Origin: Candidatus Eiseniibacteriota bacterium
Lineage (GTDB): Bacteria > Eisenbacteria > RBG-16-71-46 > DASYSL01
NCBI GenBank assembly: GCA_031413115.1
Contig: JANOEH010000047.1
Location: 703 to 64,702 of the forward strand
Length of the DNA: 64,000 nucleotides
Direction: 5' to 3'
In this document: one piece after another, positions 1 to 10,587 of the stretch
Numbering within the stretch: position 1 is the stretch's first letter
How the letters are laid out: every line of letters starts with the position of its first letter
The notes under the pieces: generated by a model
What the model saw: only the letters and a program-made list of their open reading frames with translations
What the model was told of the DNA's origin: nothing
Database searches by the model: none
Program-made: the position numbers and the translations under genes

Positions 1-933
1 AATGGCTCTTCGGAGGGATTCGGCGTGACGTAGGTGAACCACGTGATCCCGCTCGCGCCGTGGGCGAGCGCCTGAGTTCCCTGGTAGAGCGCCTCCACCG
101 CCGTGACCGCGCGCAGGTCGCCATGGCCCGTCCACTGGAGCACGGCGCCGAACGGACGCCCGGTTGCCTGCGAGACACGCGCCGCCTCGCGCAGCGTGGC
201 GAGGAAGTGTGGGCGCTCGCCGCCCGGGCCGAACGGATACGCATCGAACGTGAACAGCATGAGTTCGCCCGCCCCGATCGCCGCCGTGACCTCGTTTCGC
301 CATCGTGCTGCAGCGTTCGGATTCGCCGCGTCTCTCGGTGCAATCGGGAGGAAGTTCACATACGCCGGATGCCACGGGTCGAGGCGCCGGAGGAGCCGTG
401 CGGCGGGCGCCCACGCGGGCGCGTCGGACGGCTGCGGTTCGTCGGCGAGGAAATACCCCGCGAGGGAGTTCGAGTCCTTGTAGGCCTGCACGATGGCCTC
501 CACGCGAGCCTCCCAGCCGGGACGGGTCGTCTCGTCGGGATGGAGCGAATCGTCGCGCACGAAGACGTACGGGAGGTAGCTCTCCTCCTCCGTCGCGCGC
601 ATGGAGTCGAGCAACGCGAGCCGTGCGACGTTGTCGGATCGGCGGAAGCGGTCTTCGAGCGGCCCCATCGACACGTCGAGCCGGGCCTTCGCGTGCGTGC
701 GCCAGTTCGCGGGCGAGAGATCGTCGGCGCGCGGGCCGACCCAACCGGCGATCCAGAACCCGTTGTTCCCGAGCGGCGAGCGCATCGCGGGGACGGCGGC
801 GAGGTCGGCCTCGACGAACACCGGCACGGCCACCTGCGCCGCCTCGCGCGCCCGCGAGGCCGCAAACGTCGCCAGCAAGGCCGCGACGACCGCGAGCCCG
901 GTGTCGAACAGCCGTCGCGCGGGGCTGCGGCCT

Positions 934-941
<8 letters not shown>
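1..941 (-). CDS. Partial (runs off the window start) exported TIM-barrel glycoside-hydrolase-like protein. Probable GTG start at 941, overlapping the dinB stop by 8 nt.
   Basis: Hand translation of the minus strand gives a continuous protein-like reading frame: VIEGRSPARRLFDTGLAVVAALLATFAAS (signal/TM-like N-terminus) ... GYFLADEPQP ... FTFDAYPFGPGG ... GITWFTYVTPNPSEEP. The xxDEP motif is typical of GH5/GH42-type TIM-barrel hydrolases. It is not in the ORF track because it exits the window. Confidence 0.5.
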
Positions 942-2160
<1,219 letters not shown>

Positions 2161-2445
2161 GGGGCGGCGAGCGTAGCACACGCGTCGCACCGCTGCGGCG
2201 GGGTGGATACAGCTACCTCGCCGCGCCAGCGGCGAGGGGAAGTCCGGTCGGCGCACAGGCGCGCACCGGCATTTCGCACGCGCCCCCGGCAAGGCATGTC
2301 CGGCGTTCAACTTGGAGCATCTGCCCATCGACCCGGCGGGTTCGCAAAGGCCCCCCCGCCTGGCGGCGGGGGAGATAGGCACGCCTCGTGCATTGCTTCG
2401 CCTCGTCTTGAGGCACGCGCATCCCCTGCACGAGAGGAGTCCTCG

Positions 2446-3279
2446 ATGAGTCCGCGCATGCTGTTCGTCAACGTGGTGCTGGGCGTGTCCGTGCTGGCGC
2501 GAATGGGGTCGGCCGAGACCCAGCTACCGTCCGCCGAGAGTGCGGAGCGCCCGGCATTTCTTGCGGTCTCTTCCGAGGTCCCGGGAGCCGCCCTCGCGCT
2601 CGCCGCCGCGCCGATGTTCGCCGTGGGTGGCAGCGACATCGCCACGCTGCAGGTGCGCCGTTACTACAAGACCCCTCCGCCGCCTCCCCCTCCGCTGCGG
2701 GCGTACCAGCCGCGCAACCTGTTCGCCGTCCGTGGCGGATTCTTCGACGCGGACAACGTGTCCGAGGAGTCGTGGATGATGGGGCTGAAGGCCGTCGGAA
2801 ACGTGAGCCCGATGTTCCGCCTGGGCGGGACGGTCGACTGGCAGTGGCGCACCAACAGCACGCGCACCGTGATCTCGACGGGAATCGACGGCGCGGGCAA
2901 CGTCGTGCAGTACAGCCGGACGATCGCCGAGTCCCAGTCGAGCCTGGTGCCGCTCATGGCTGTCGCCGAGTTCGTCCTGCCGTCGCAGGTGGTCCAGCCG
3001 TACGTCGGCGTCGGCGGCGGGTGGGAGTTCATGTACGTCGAGGCGTTCGACTACACGACCGGCTTCGGCTACGCGGCGCATTACGACGGGCCGGGCTGGC
3101 AGCTCTACGGCGGTGCCGACTTCCTGATCGCCCCGAACGTGCGTCTCAATGCCGAGGTATTCCACAACGAGGCGACGGTCGAGAGCAACTTCTACGACCC
3201 GTACTACGGCTACGCCACCGAGCAGCGCATCGACGCCGACGGAACAGGCGGCCGCTTCGGGTTGAGCTTCGCCTTCTGA
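2446..3279 (+). CDS. Outer-membrane beta-barrel protein (porin/OmpA-like), signal peptide, C-terminal Phe
   Basis: MSPRMLFVNVVLGVSVLARMGSAE signal peptide. Alternating aromatic beta-strand pattern. Ends ...RFGLSFAF. RBS gagaggag upstream of ATG 2446. The in-frame upstream part of ORF 601..3279 is antisense to dinB and not protein-like. Confidence 0.75.
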   Translation: MSPRMLFVNVVLGVSVLARMGSAETQLPSAESAERPAFLAVSSEVPGAALALAAAPMFAVGGSDIATLQVRRYYKTPPPPPPPLRAYQPRNLFAVRGGFFDADNVSEESWMMGLKAVGNVSPMFRLGGTVDWQWRTNSTRTVISTGIDGAGNVVQYSRTIAESQSSLVPLMAVAEFVLPSQVVQPYVGVGGGWEFMYVEAFDYTTGFGYAAHYDGPGWQLYGGADFLIAPNVRLNAEVFHNEATVESNFYDPYYGYATEQRIDADGTGGRFGLSFAF

Positions 3280-3312
3280 CCCGGAGCGACGCCGCGAAGG
3301 AAGGCAGCGGGC

Positions 3313-3340
3313 GGGGCGCCTCCGGGCGCCCCTTCTCGTT
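3313..3340 (+). terminator. Rho-independent terminator after the outer-membrane protein gene
   Basis: GGGGCGCC-tccg-GGCGCCCC perfect 8-bp stem followed by ttctcgtt. Confidence 0.6.
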
Positions 3341-3369
3341 GCAGGAACGTCGCTTGGCCGTGGGCCGCT

Positions 3370-3398
3370 TTGCACGATGCACGGTCGCCTGCTATGCT
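3370..3398 (+). promoter_or_regulatory. Candidate sigma-70 promoter for the nitroreductase gene
   Basis: TTGCAC - 17 nt - TATGCT, about 115 nt upstream of GTG 3512. Confidence 0.35.
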
Positions 3399-3511
3399 TT
3401 CTCTGATCTTGAATGCTTCACCCCAACGCGGACGGCGGAGGACGCGGCGGGGGCGACCCCGTTCACCCGCGGGGTCTTTGCTTTTGCGGTCCGCTGCATC
3501 GGGGAGGAATC

Positions 3512-4228
3512 GTGCCGTACACGAAGGAAGAGGAGCAGCGGCGTCGCGCCGAGGTCGAGCCGCCCGTCGAGCGAACGGTCGAGGACGCGGTGCTGTCCTA
3601 TCATCCGGTCCGCACCTTCGAGAAACGCGAGGTGCCCGAGGACAAGCTCCTCAAGATCCTGTCGCTCGCCCAGCGTGCGCCGTCGGAGTGGGGCGTGCAG
3701 CCGTGGCGCTGGCTCATCCTGCGCCAGCGCGACCAGCGCGAGAAGGTGTTCGCCTGCACCACCGGCTCCCCGGCGATCCTGTCGGCCCCGCTCGTGCTCG
3801 TGGCCTGCGCCAACACGCGCGAGTGGATCGAAGCGAAGGACACCTTCAAGGGCCGCGTCGAAGCCGGCCGCATGACGCAGGATGAGTACGACGAGGCCAT
3901 CGCCGAACTCGACCGCCTGTGCGGCGACGAGGACGGTCGCGGCGCCCGCGAGTTCGCGCTGCGCAACACGATGATGGCGCTCACCGCGTTCATGCTCGTC
4001 GCCCAGGGCGAAGGCCTCGCCACCGGCCCGATGGGCGGCTTCGACGAGGCGCGCCTCAAGGCGGCATTCGACCTGCCGGAAGAGTGGGTCGTCGCCGCCG
4101 TCTGCGCGCTCGGCTACCCCGACGAGGAGTTCGATCGCACGCTGCGCAAGCCGCTCGGCGACATCGTGCACTGGGACCGCCACGGCGGCGCCCGGCAGCA
4201 GTCGCAGGAGACCGGCAGCACGACTTAA
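3512..4228 (+). CDS. Nitroreductase-family protein (NAD(P)H:FMN oxidoreductase fold)
   Basis: Nitroreductase-like motifs (SEWGVQPWRW, LALGYPDEE). GTG start preceded by RBS ggggaggaa; the upstream ORF part is Gly/Arg junk. Confidence 0.8.
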   Translation: MPYTKEEEQRRRAEVEPPVERTVEDAVLSYHPVRTFEKREVPEDKLLKILSLAQRAPSEWGVQPWRWLILRQRDQREKVFACTTGSPAILSAPLVLVACANTREWIEAKDTFKGRVEAGRMTQDEYDEAIAELDRLCGDEDGRGAREFALRNTMMALTAFMLVAQGEGLATGPMGGFDEARLKAAFDLPEEWVVAAVCALGYPDEEFDRTLRKPLGDIVHWDRHGGARQQSQETGSTT

Positions 4229-4409
4229 ACTGGCTGCGAGAGCAGCCAGGAGCGAAAGACACGAATGGCTCGGGGCAGTCGCCCCGGGCCATTCGAATCG
4301 AGGCTCCCCGCCTCGAGAGCAGCCCCCGTACCCGCCCCCGGGGGACACATGAGTGAACTTCAACGAAATTGGTCACTCCTCCTCCTCTTGTCGCGACGAA
4401 GCACTCGAC

Positions 4410-4760
4410 GTGACTCCGTCTCTGACGTAGGCTCGACCTGTTCACGATATCGTCGAGACTCCGTTGTTCACGAAGCTCGTCGAGAGGGATCTCGACGATG
4501 ACGAGTACGCCGCACTTCAGGTGGTCCTGGTCGGAAACCCTGAGGCCGGGGTCGTGATTCCCGGGACGGGTGGAGTCCGCAAGCTCCGCTGGGCAGCCCG
4601 TGGAAAGGGCAAGCGCGGCGGAGCGCGCGTGATCTACTTCGTCCGGATGCGCAGCGGGATCATCTGGATGCTCGACATCTACAGGAAGGCAGTTCGCGAG
4701 GACATTTCCGCCAGAGTTCTCCGGCGGATGAGGGAGGAGCTCGAAGATGCCACGTCGTGA
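4410..4760 (+). CDS. higB2: HigB-2-type (RelE/ParE superfamily, Gp49-like) toxin. Start ambiguous: GTG 4353, GTG 4410 or TTG 4464.
   Basis: GTGGVRKLRWAARGKGKRGGARVIYFV...IWMLDIYRK aligns closely with Vibrio HigB-2 (GTGGLRKIRVASKGKGKRGGSRIIYYF). No ATG in frame after the stop at 4350. Confidence 0.8.
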
Positions 4761-5046
4761 ACGAGACATAGGCCGCGAGATCTTGACGGGCATTCGACAG
4801 TTGAAGCGCGGAATCCACGGCCGGATCCTGACTGTCCCGTCGGTCGCAGCGATCCGTGGCAAAACCGGACTGTCGCAGACGGATTTCGCAGCGCGAATCG
4901 GGGTCTCCGTTCGAACGCTTCAGGAATGGGAGCAGGGCCGGCGTGCACCTTCGGGCCCGGCTCGCACACTGCTTTCGATCGCGTACGCCAACCCGGACAT
5001 CCTGCTCGGCGTGACTCCTGGAAGGGCCCGCTCGTCAGGGAGCTGA
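4747..5046 (+). CDS. higA2: HigA-2-type antitoxin, XRE-family helix-turn-helix (HTH)
   Basis: GLSQTDFAARIGVSVRTLQEWEQGRRAPSGPARTLL HTH. ATG overlaps the toxin end by 14 nt, the toxin-first order typical of HigBA. Confidence 0.8.
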   Translation: MPRRERDIGREILTGIRQLKRGIHGRILTVPSVAAIRGKTGLSQTDFAARIGVSVRTLQEWEQGRRAPSGPARTLLSIAYANPDILLGVTPGRARSSGS

Positions 5047-5168
5047 ACTTGCGCCGTGCAGGTTGCCGGGGTGGTCGCATTGACTTGCTCCGGGCCGTCT
5101 CCCCGCGGATCATCAGGGTCGCCACCAGATAGCCCCCGCCGCGACGGTGGCGAGGCCGCTTCGCAGCC

Positions 5169-6152
5169 TCATCCCCCGATCTCCGACATGTTCACCGGCG
5201 CCTCGGGGCCGCTGTAGCCCAGCGCCAGGTGGTGGCTCTCGGGCTTGCGCGTCATCGCATCGACGATGAGGCCGCGCAGGTCGTCGACCGTCGCCCCGGC
5301 CCGCAGCGGGCCGCGCAGGTCGCAGCCCGACTCGCCGAACAGGCACAGCCGCAGCTTGCCGGTCGTGGTCAGGCGCACGCGGTTGCAGGCGCCGCAGAAC
5401 GTGTGCGACAGCGGCGTGATGAAGCCGACCGAGCCGACCGCGCCGGGGTACCTGAACTCCGCGGCGGGGCCGGCCAGCGCGTCGCGCTCGACGGGGATCA
5501 GTGTGCCGACGGCGGCCAGCCGCTCGCGGATGGAGTCGGTCGAGACGTACTGCCCGACCTGGGCGCCCGGGTTCGAGCGCATGGGCATGACCTCGATGAA
5601 GCGGATGGTCCATGGCCGCGTGAACGTCGTACGGGCCATGGCCTCGATCTCGCCGTCGTTGACGCCCTTCATCACCACCATGTTGAGCTTGATCGGGGCG
5701 AGGCCCACTTCCTCCGCGGCGGCGATGCCGTCGAGCACCGCCTCGAGCGAGGAGTTGACCGAGATCGCCTTGAACGTCGCGGGATCGAGCGTGTCGAGCG
5801 AGACGTTGACGCGCTTGAGGCCGGCATCCTTCAGCGCGCGGGCCTTGTCGCGCAGGAGGACGGCGTTGGTGGACAGCGCCAGGTCCTCGACCTCGGCGAA
5901 CGCGGCCAGCCGGGCGACCAGCGACTCGAGGTCGCGGCGGACCAGCGGCTCGCCGCCGGTGAGGCGGAACTTGCGGACGCCGAGCCCGACCATCGCCTCG
6001 GCGATGGTCCCGATCTCCTCGTACGAGAGGATGTCGGCGGGCTGCTCGCCGCCGAGGTAGCCGTTGGGCATGCAGTACCGGCACCGCAGGTTGCAGCGGT
6101 CGGTGACCGAGATGCGGACGTAGCGGATGGAGCGGCCGAACGGGTCGATCAT
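5169..6152 (-). CDS. moaA: GTP 3',8-cyclase (molybdenum cofactor biosynthesis, radical SAM)
   Basis: CNLRCRYCMP radical-SAM cluster. C-terminal CGACNRVRLTTTGKLRLCLF second cluster. Full-length MoaA. Confidence 0.95.
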   Translation of the reverse strand: MIDPFGRSIRYVRISVTDRCNLRCRYCMPNGYLGGEQPADILSYEEIGTIAEAMVGLGVRKFRLTGGEPLVRRDLESLVARLAAFAEVEDLALSTNAVLLRDKARALKDAGLKRVNVSLDTLDPATFKAISVNSSLEAVLDGIAAAEEVGLAPIKLNMVVMKGVNDGEIEAMARTTFTRPWTIRFIEVMPMRSNPGAQVGQYVSTDSIRERLAAVGTLIPVERDALAGPAAEFRYPGAVGSVGFITPLSHTFCGACNRVRLTTTGKLRLCLFGESGCDLRGPLRAGATVDDLRGLIVDAMTRKPESHHLALGYSGPEAPVNMSEIGG

Positions 6153-6262
6153 GATCGGGCAAGGATATCATGTCGGCGCGGTGATCAGCGACCGCGGCCA
6201 AGTCCTGTCTCCATGCGAGCTTGGCCTTGTCGCTGTCCCACCCCTCGTGTAGGTTGCGGCGC

Positions 6263-7480
6263 ATGAGGTCCTTCCGCTTTCTCCAGCTCTCCGATCTTCA
6301 CCTGGGTCGTCCGTTCACGTGGCTTCCGCCCGCGCTCGCCGAAACGCGCCGGTCCGAGCAGCGCGACCTCCTGTGGCGCGCCGTGCAGCGCGCGATCGAC
6401 GACAAGCTCGACGCCGTCCTGATCGTCGGCGACCTGTTCGACGGCGAGATCGTCGATCGCGAAACCGTCGCGCGCGCCATCGAGTGCGTGTCGCAGGACG
6501 GCTGCCCGCCGGTGTTCATCGCGCCCGGCAACCACGACTGCTTCTCGCGCTCCACGTTCTACTACGACAATCGCCGTCTCGTCGCCGCGGGGCAGGCTCC
6601 GTGGCCCGGGCACGTGCACATCTTCGACTCGCCGCGCTTCGCGAGCGCGCCGCTGGCCGGCCGCGACGACATCCTGATCTGGGGCCGCTGCGCCGATCGC
6701 AACGTCGACTCGAGCGAGCGCGTGCTCGCCGAGGATCGGCCCACGCTGCTGCGCGACCGGCTCAACGTGCTCATGCTGCACGGCTCGCAGGACGGGTTCC
6801 TGCCGCCGGGCAAACGCATGACCGCGCCGTTCAACGCCGACGAGCTGCTGGCGTGGGGGGCCGATTATGCCGCGCTGGGCCACTATCACCGGCCGTCCAC
6901 GATCGTCGACGACGACGGCGTGATCCGTGGCAGCTATTCGGGTTCGCCGGTCGCGCTGGCCATCGACGAGACCGGGCCGCGCTACGTGCAGGTCGTCACC
7001 GTCGAGCACGTCGCCGACCACCGGCGCGTCGAGATCACGCCGCTCGAGCTGGATCGCCGCCGCTTGCACCGGCTCGAGGTGCGCGCCGACGGCGTGGGTT
7101 CGCCCGAGGGCCTGGTGCATCGCATCGTCAGCGGGCTCGAGGCGGCGCTCGTCGGCGCCGAGGACTTCGCGTTCGTCACGCTGACCGGCCGCGTGCGCTC
7201 GGGCATCGACGTCAAGGCGCGGGCCGAGGACGTGCCGTTCAAGTGCTTCCACCTGTCGCTCGATGCGGCCGCGCTGCGCCCCGACTACGACCTCGAGGCC
7301 TACCGGCGGCTCGAGCCCAAGACCACCGAGGAGCGCTTCGTGCGCTCGCTGCTGGCCGAGCTCGACGCCGAGCCCGACCCGGCGCGGCGGCGCATCGTCG
7401 AGGCGGCGCTCTATTACGGACTCGACGCGCTGCGCCTGGGTGACGTGGCGCCGCGCTACGAGCACGCGGGGGGCGCATGA
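6263..7480 (+). CDS. SbcD/Mre11-like metallophosphoesterase nuclease (YhaO/SbcF-type)
   Basis: QLSDLHLG, VGDLFDG and PGNHD calcineurin-like phosphoesterase motifs. ATG at 6263; ATGA overlap with the downstream ATPase gene. Confidence 0.85.
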   Translation: MRSFRFLQLSDLHLGRPFTWLPPALAETRRSEQRDLLWRAVQRAIDDKLDAVLIVGDLFDGEIVDRETVARAIECVSQDGCPPVFIAPGNHDCFSRSTFYYDNRRLVAAGQAPWPGHVHIFDSPRFASAPLAGRDDILIWGRCADRNVDSSERVLAEDRPTLLRDRLNVLMLHGSQDGFLPPGKRMTAPFNADELLAWGADYAALGHYHRPSTIVDDDGVIRGSYSGSPVALAIDETGPRYVQVVTVEHVADHRRVEITPLELDRRRLHRLEVRADGVGSPEGLVHRIVSGLEAALVGAEDFAFVTLTGRVRSGIDVKARAEDVPFKCFHLSLDAAALRPDYDLEAYRRLEPKTTEERFVRSLLAELDAEPDPARRRIVEAALYYGLDALRLGDVAPRYEHAGGA

Positions 7481-10446
7481 TCCTTCGTCGGCTCAAGATC
7501 GACGGCTTCGGCGCGCTGAGCGGCGCGTGGACGTTCGAGCCGGGTGCACTGCACCTGGTCGTCGGCGAGAACGAGCGCGGGAAGACCACGCTCGCCGCCG
7601 CCATCGCCGCCGCGCTCTACGGCCTCGAGGCCGACAAGCGCAGCTGGCGCGACCGCGCCACCCCGCTCGAGCAGCATCGCCCGTGGAGCGGCAAGCCGTA
7701 CGCGCTCGAGCTCGAGTTCGAGCTCGCGGGCCGGCGCTACGTGGTCAATCGCCACTTCGGGAACGGCCGCCTCACCGTGCTCCAGGATGGCAAGGACGTG
7801 ACCGAGACGTTCCGCCACGGTTCGGGCGAGTACAAGCTGGGCGAGGAGCTGCTGGGCATGAGCGGCGACCAGTTCGCGCGCAGCGCGCTCTGGCTGCAGC
7901 CCGGCCCCGGCCGGCTCGGCGGCTCCGAGGTGCGGCCCGACGGCACGCTGACGTCGCTGCTCGAGAGCATGGCGTCGTCCGTGCAGGGCGACACCACGGC
8001 GGCCGAGGCGATCGGCGTGCTCGATGACGCGCTCAAGAACTACCGCGGCGTGCAGCAGTCGGGAATGATCGCCAACGAGATCAAGAAACTCGAGATCGCG
8101 CTGGGCACGATCGCGGTCGACCTCAACGCCGCGCAATCCGATCGCGAGGCTCTGGCCACGGACCTGACGCGACTCGCCGAGTTCGAGGATCGCGAGAATG
8201 CGCTCGGCTCACGGCTGCTGGTCGCCCGTCGCGGCGGCGCGGTACGCCGCCTGGGCGAGGTCGAAGCCGCGCTCGAGAAGGACGACGCCGAGCGCGCGCA
8301 GCTCACCGCGTGGCGCGACGAGCTCAAGCGCCTGGCCCCGGCGCGCGCCGTGCCCGACGACGCGCCCGATCGGCTGCAGGCCGCGCAGGCCGAGTTGGGC
8401 GCCGGCCGGCGCACGCTCGAGGAGGTGCGCGCCGAGCGCGAGCGCGACATTTCGGGCCCGCGTCTCGAGATCGAGACGACGCTGGCCACCTACGCCGCGT
8501 TCACCAACGCCGAGGCGCGCCAGATCGAGGAGCTGCATGCCCTCGAAAAGGACCTGGAGCGGGCGCGTCAGCAGGCGCGGAGTTCGGCCGAGAAGCGCGC
8601 CGAGCTCGAGAAGGAGCTCACGGCGCGCGGCGTGCCCGTCGAGCGGGCCGCCGAGCTGTCGGCGCGCTTCGGCCCGCTGACCGCCGAGGATCGCGGGCTG
8701 CTCACGCAGTTCCCCGCGCAGACGCAGCACCTGGTCACCGAGGCCGAGACCTCGCAGCGCGCCGCGCAGGGCGGGCAGGCGATCATCGAGGAGGTGGGCC
8801 GTCAGCGCAGTCGCATGCGCGGCTTCGGCTTCTTCGCCGGCGTCGTCGGGCTGCTCGCGGGGACCGCGGCGGTGTGGCTGGCGCTGGCCGGGCGCTCGAT
8901 CGAGAGCTTCGTCGGCCTGGGCGTCACGCTGCTGGCGCTCGCCGGCGCGACGGTGCTCCTGCTGCGCAGCGCGGCCCACCGCGATGCCGACCGACGGGCG
9001 GCGCTCGACCAGGTGGTCGAGGCACAGCGCCGCGCGGGCGAAGTGCGGCAGCGGCGCAAGGAGCGCGAGGACGCGCTCGCCCGCATGGCCGCGAAGTTCG
9101 ACTTCCCCGACGTGACGACGCTGTTGCGCGATTTTGGCGAGTCGCAGCGGCTGATCGCCGAGGTGCAGCGCTTCGACTGGATCGACCAGGATCGCGCCCG
9201 GGCCGGCGAGGATGGCGCGCGGGTCGAGGCCGAGATGAAGGAGCGCCTGCGCAATGCAGGGCTCGACACCGGCATGCCGCCGCACGAGGCATTCGCGCGC
9301 CTGCACATGGGCATCGGCAGCGTGCTCGAGGCCCGCGCGCGGCGCACCCGGCTCGACGAACTGGAGAACGGCCTGATCGCCCGTGAGAAGGCCGCGCTGA
9401 CGCGCATCGCCGAGGCCCGTGGCGGCATTCGCGCCCTGGCCGGCGCGCTGGGACTGCCCGTGCCCGACGGCGAGGCCACCGACACGCCGGTCGTTGGCGC
9501 GCGCGACGCGGGCGCCGCCGCGGCGCGCGAGAGTCGCGCCTTCGAGGCGCTCGCCGAGGCGGTTGCGACGAAGGCGGTCGAGCGTCGCCGCCTCGACACG
9601 CTCGAGGGCGAGCTCGTGCCCGCGGTCTCCGGGCGCGTGCTCGACGAGGCGACCCGTGGGGCCCTCGAACGCGAGCGCAATGGTCTCGCCGCCGAAGTCG
9701 AGGCCGCCGGCGCGGGAGCCCGCATCGGGCGCAGCCCGGCAGCCCCGATGGCGAGCCCGGGCGAGGCGCCCGGTGATGCCGTCGCGCTCGAGCGCGAACT
9801 CGAAGACGTCCGTCGCAACCTGATCGAGCTGCACGCGCGGGTCGGCGGACGCGAGGGTGCCACGGCCAAGCGTGCCGCCGAGCTGCTGGCGGATCGCGAT
9901 CGCCTGCATGCCGCGCTGGAGCGCGCCCGCGCGTTCAAGGCAGCGGTCGAACTGGCACGCGAACGCTTCCAGACCGTCGCCCGCGAGACGCATGCCCGCT
10001 GGTCCGAGCACCTGGCCGGGCGCGTCGACGAGTTGCTCGCCCGGTTCGGGCTGGCGCACGCCGGGTTCAAGGTCTCGGACAAGCTCGAACTGTCGCTCAC
10101 GCTCGACGGCGACCGGCTGAGCGGGGCGCGCCTCGAGCAGAGCTTGTCGACCGGCGCGCGCGACCAGGTGACGCTGGCGCTGCGCATCGCGATCTGCGAG
10201 TTCCTGGCCCGCGGCGGCGCGAAGTTGCCGCTGTTGCTCGACGATCCGCTCGCCCACGCCGACGACGCCCGGGCCGGGCGCCTGCTGCGGGTTCTGGCCG
10301 AGGCGGCCGCAACGGGGCACCAGGTGATCGTGCTCACCTGCCACCGGGCGACCGTCGACGCCCTGTCTGAGGAGGACCCTGCGTGGTTCGGCCAGGCCGT
10401 GCGGGTGGTCGAGTTCGGGGCCGCCGGGGTGGCTCGGCCGGTCTGA
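7477..10446 (+). CDS. SbcC/Rad50-like ABC-type ATPase (YhaN/SbcE-type) with long coiled coil and a central two-helix hydrophobic hairpin
   Basis: N-terminal Walker A GENERGKTT. C-terminal signature LSTGARDQ, Walker B LLLDDPLAHAD, H-loop VIVLTCH. Coiled-coil-rich middle. FGFFAGVVGLLAGTAAVWLALAG plus FVGLGVTLLALAGATVLLL in place of a zinc hook. Confidence 0.85.
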   Translation: MILRRLKIDGFGALSGAWTFEPGALHLVVGENERGKTTLAAAIAAALYGLEADKRSWRDRATPLEQHRPWSGKPYALELEFELAGRRYVVNRHFGNGRLTVLQDGKDVTETFRHGSGEYKLGEELLGMSGDQFARSALWLQPGPGRLGGSEVRPDGTLTSLLESMASSVQGDTTAAEAIGVLDDALKNYRGVQQSGMIANEIKKLEIALGTIAVDLNAAQSDREALATDLTRLAEFEDRENALGSRLLVARRGGAVRRLGEVEAALEKDDAERAQLTAWRDELKRLAPARAVPDDAPDRLQAAQAELGAGRRTLEEVRAERERDISGPRLEIETTLATYAAFTNAEARQIEELHALEKDLERARQQARSSAEKRAELEKELTARGVPVERAAELSARFGPLTAEDRGLLTQFPAQTQHLVTEAETSQRAAQGGQAIIEEVGRQRSRMRGFGFFAGVVGLLAGTAAVWLALAGRSIESFVGLGVTLLALAGATVLLLRSAAHRDADRRAALDQVVEAQRRAGEVRQRRKEREDALARMAAKFDFPDVTTLLRDFGESQRLIAEVQRFDWIDQDRARAGEDGARVEAEMKERLRNAGLDTGMPPHEAFARLHMGIGSVLEARARRTRLDELENGLIAREKAALTRIAEARGGIRALAGALGLPVPDGEATDTPVVGARDAGAAAARESRAFEALAEAVATKAVERRRLDTLEGELVPAVSGRVLDEATRGALERERNGLAAEVEAAGAGARIGRSPAAPMASPGEAPGDAVALERELEDVRRNLIELHARVGGREGATAKRAAELLADRDRLHAALERARAFKAAVELARERFQTVARETHARWSEHLAGRVDELLARFGLAHAGFKVSDKLELSLTLDGDRLSGARLEQSLSTGARDQVTLALRIAICEFLARGGAKLPLLLDDPLAHADDARAGRLLRVLAEAAATGHQVIVLTCHRATVDALSEEDPAWFGQAVRVVEFGAAGVARPV

Positions 10447-10587
10447 TTCCCCCCGGCGCTCCGCGCTTCGGGATTGACTCCGGACATTGTTCGCCTAGTC
10501 TGACGACGCTCCCGGTGTGTCCCATGGCCGGGGTCGGGCGGCCCGAGTTCTCGGCGCCGCCGATGGACTCACAGAGTGGAGGGATCC

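Noticed and set aside
2161-2230. LexA/SOS box upstream of dinB
   Set aside because: No convincing palindrome matching known LexA-box classes. The motif of this lineage is unknown to me.
5169-6262. Possible Moco riboswitch upstream of moaA
   Set aside because: Only about 110 bp between moaA and the divergent sbcD-like gene. No recognisable Moco-riboswitch architecture.
8209-10487. Long minus ORFs 8209..10344 and 8802..10487
   Set aside because: Antisense to the SbcC-like ATPase. Ser/Arg/Ala-rich low complexity.
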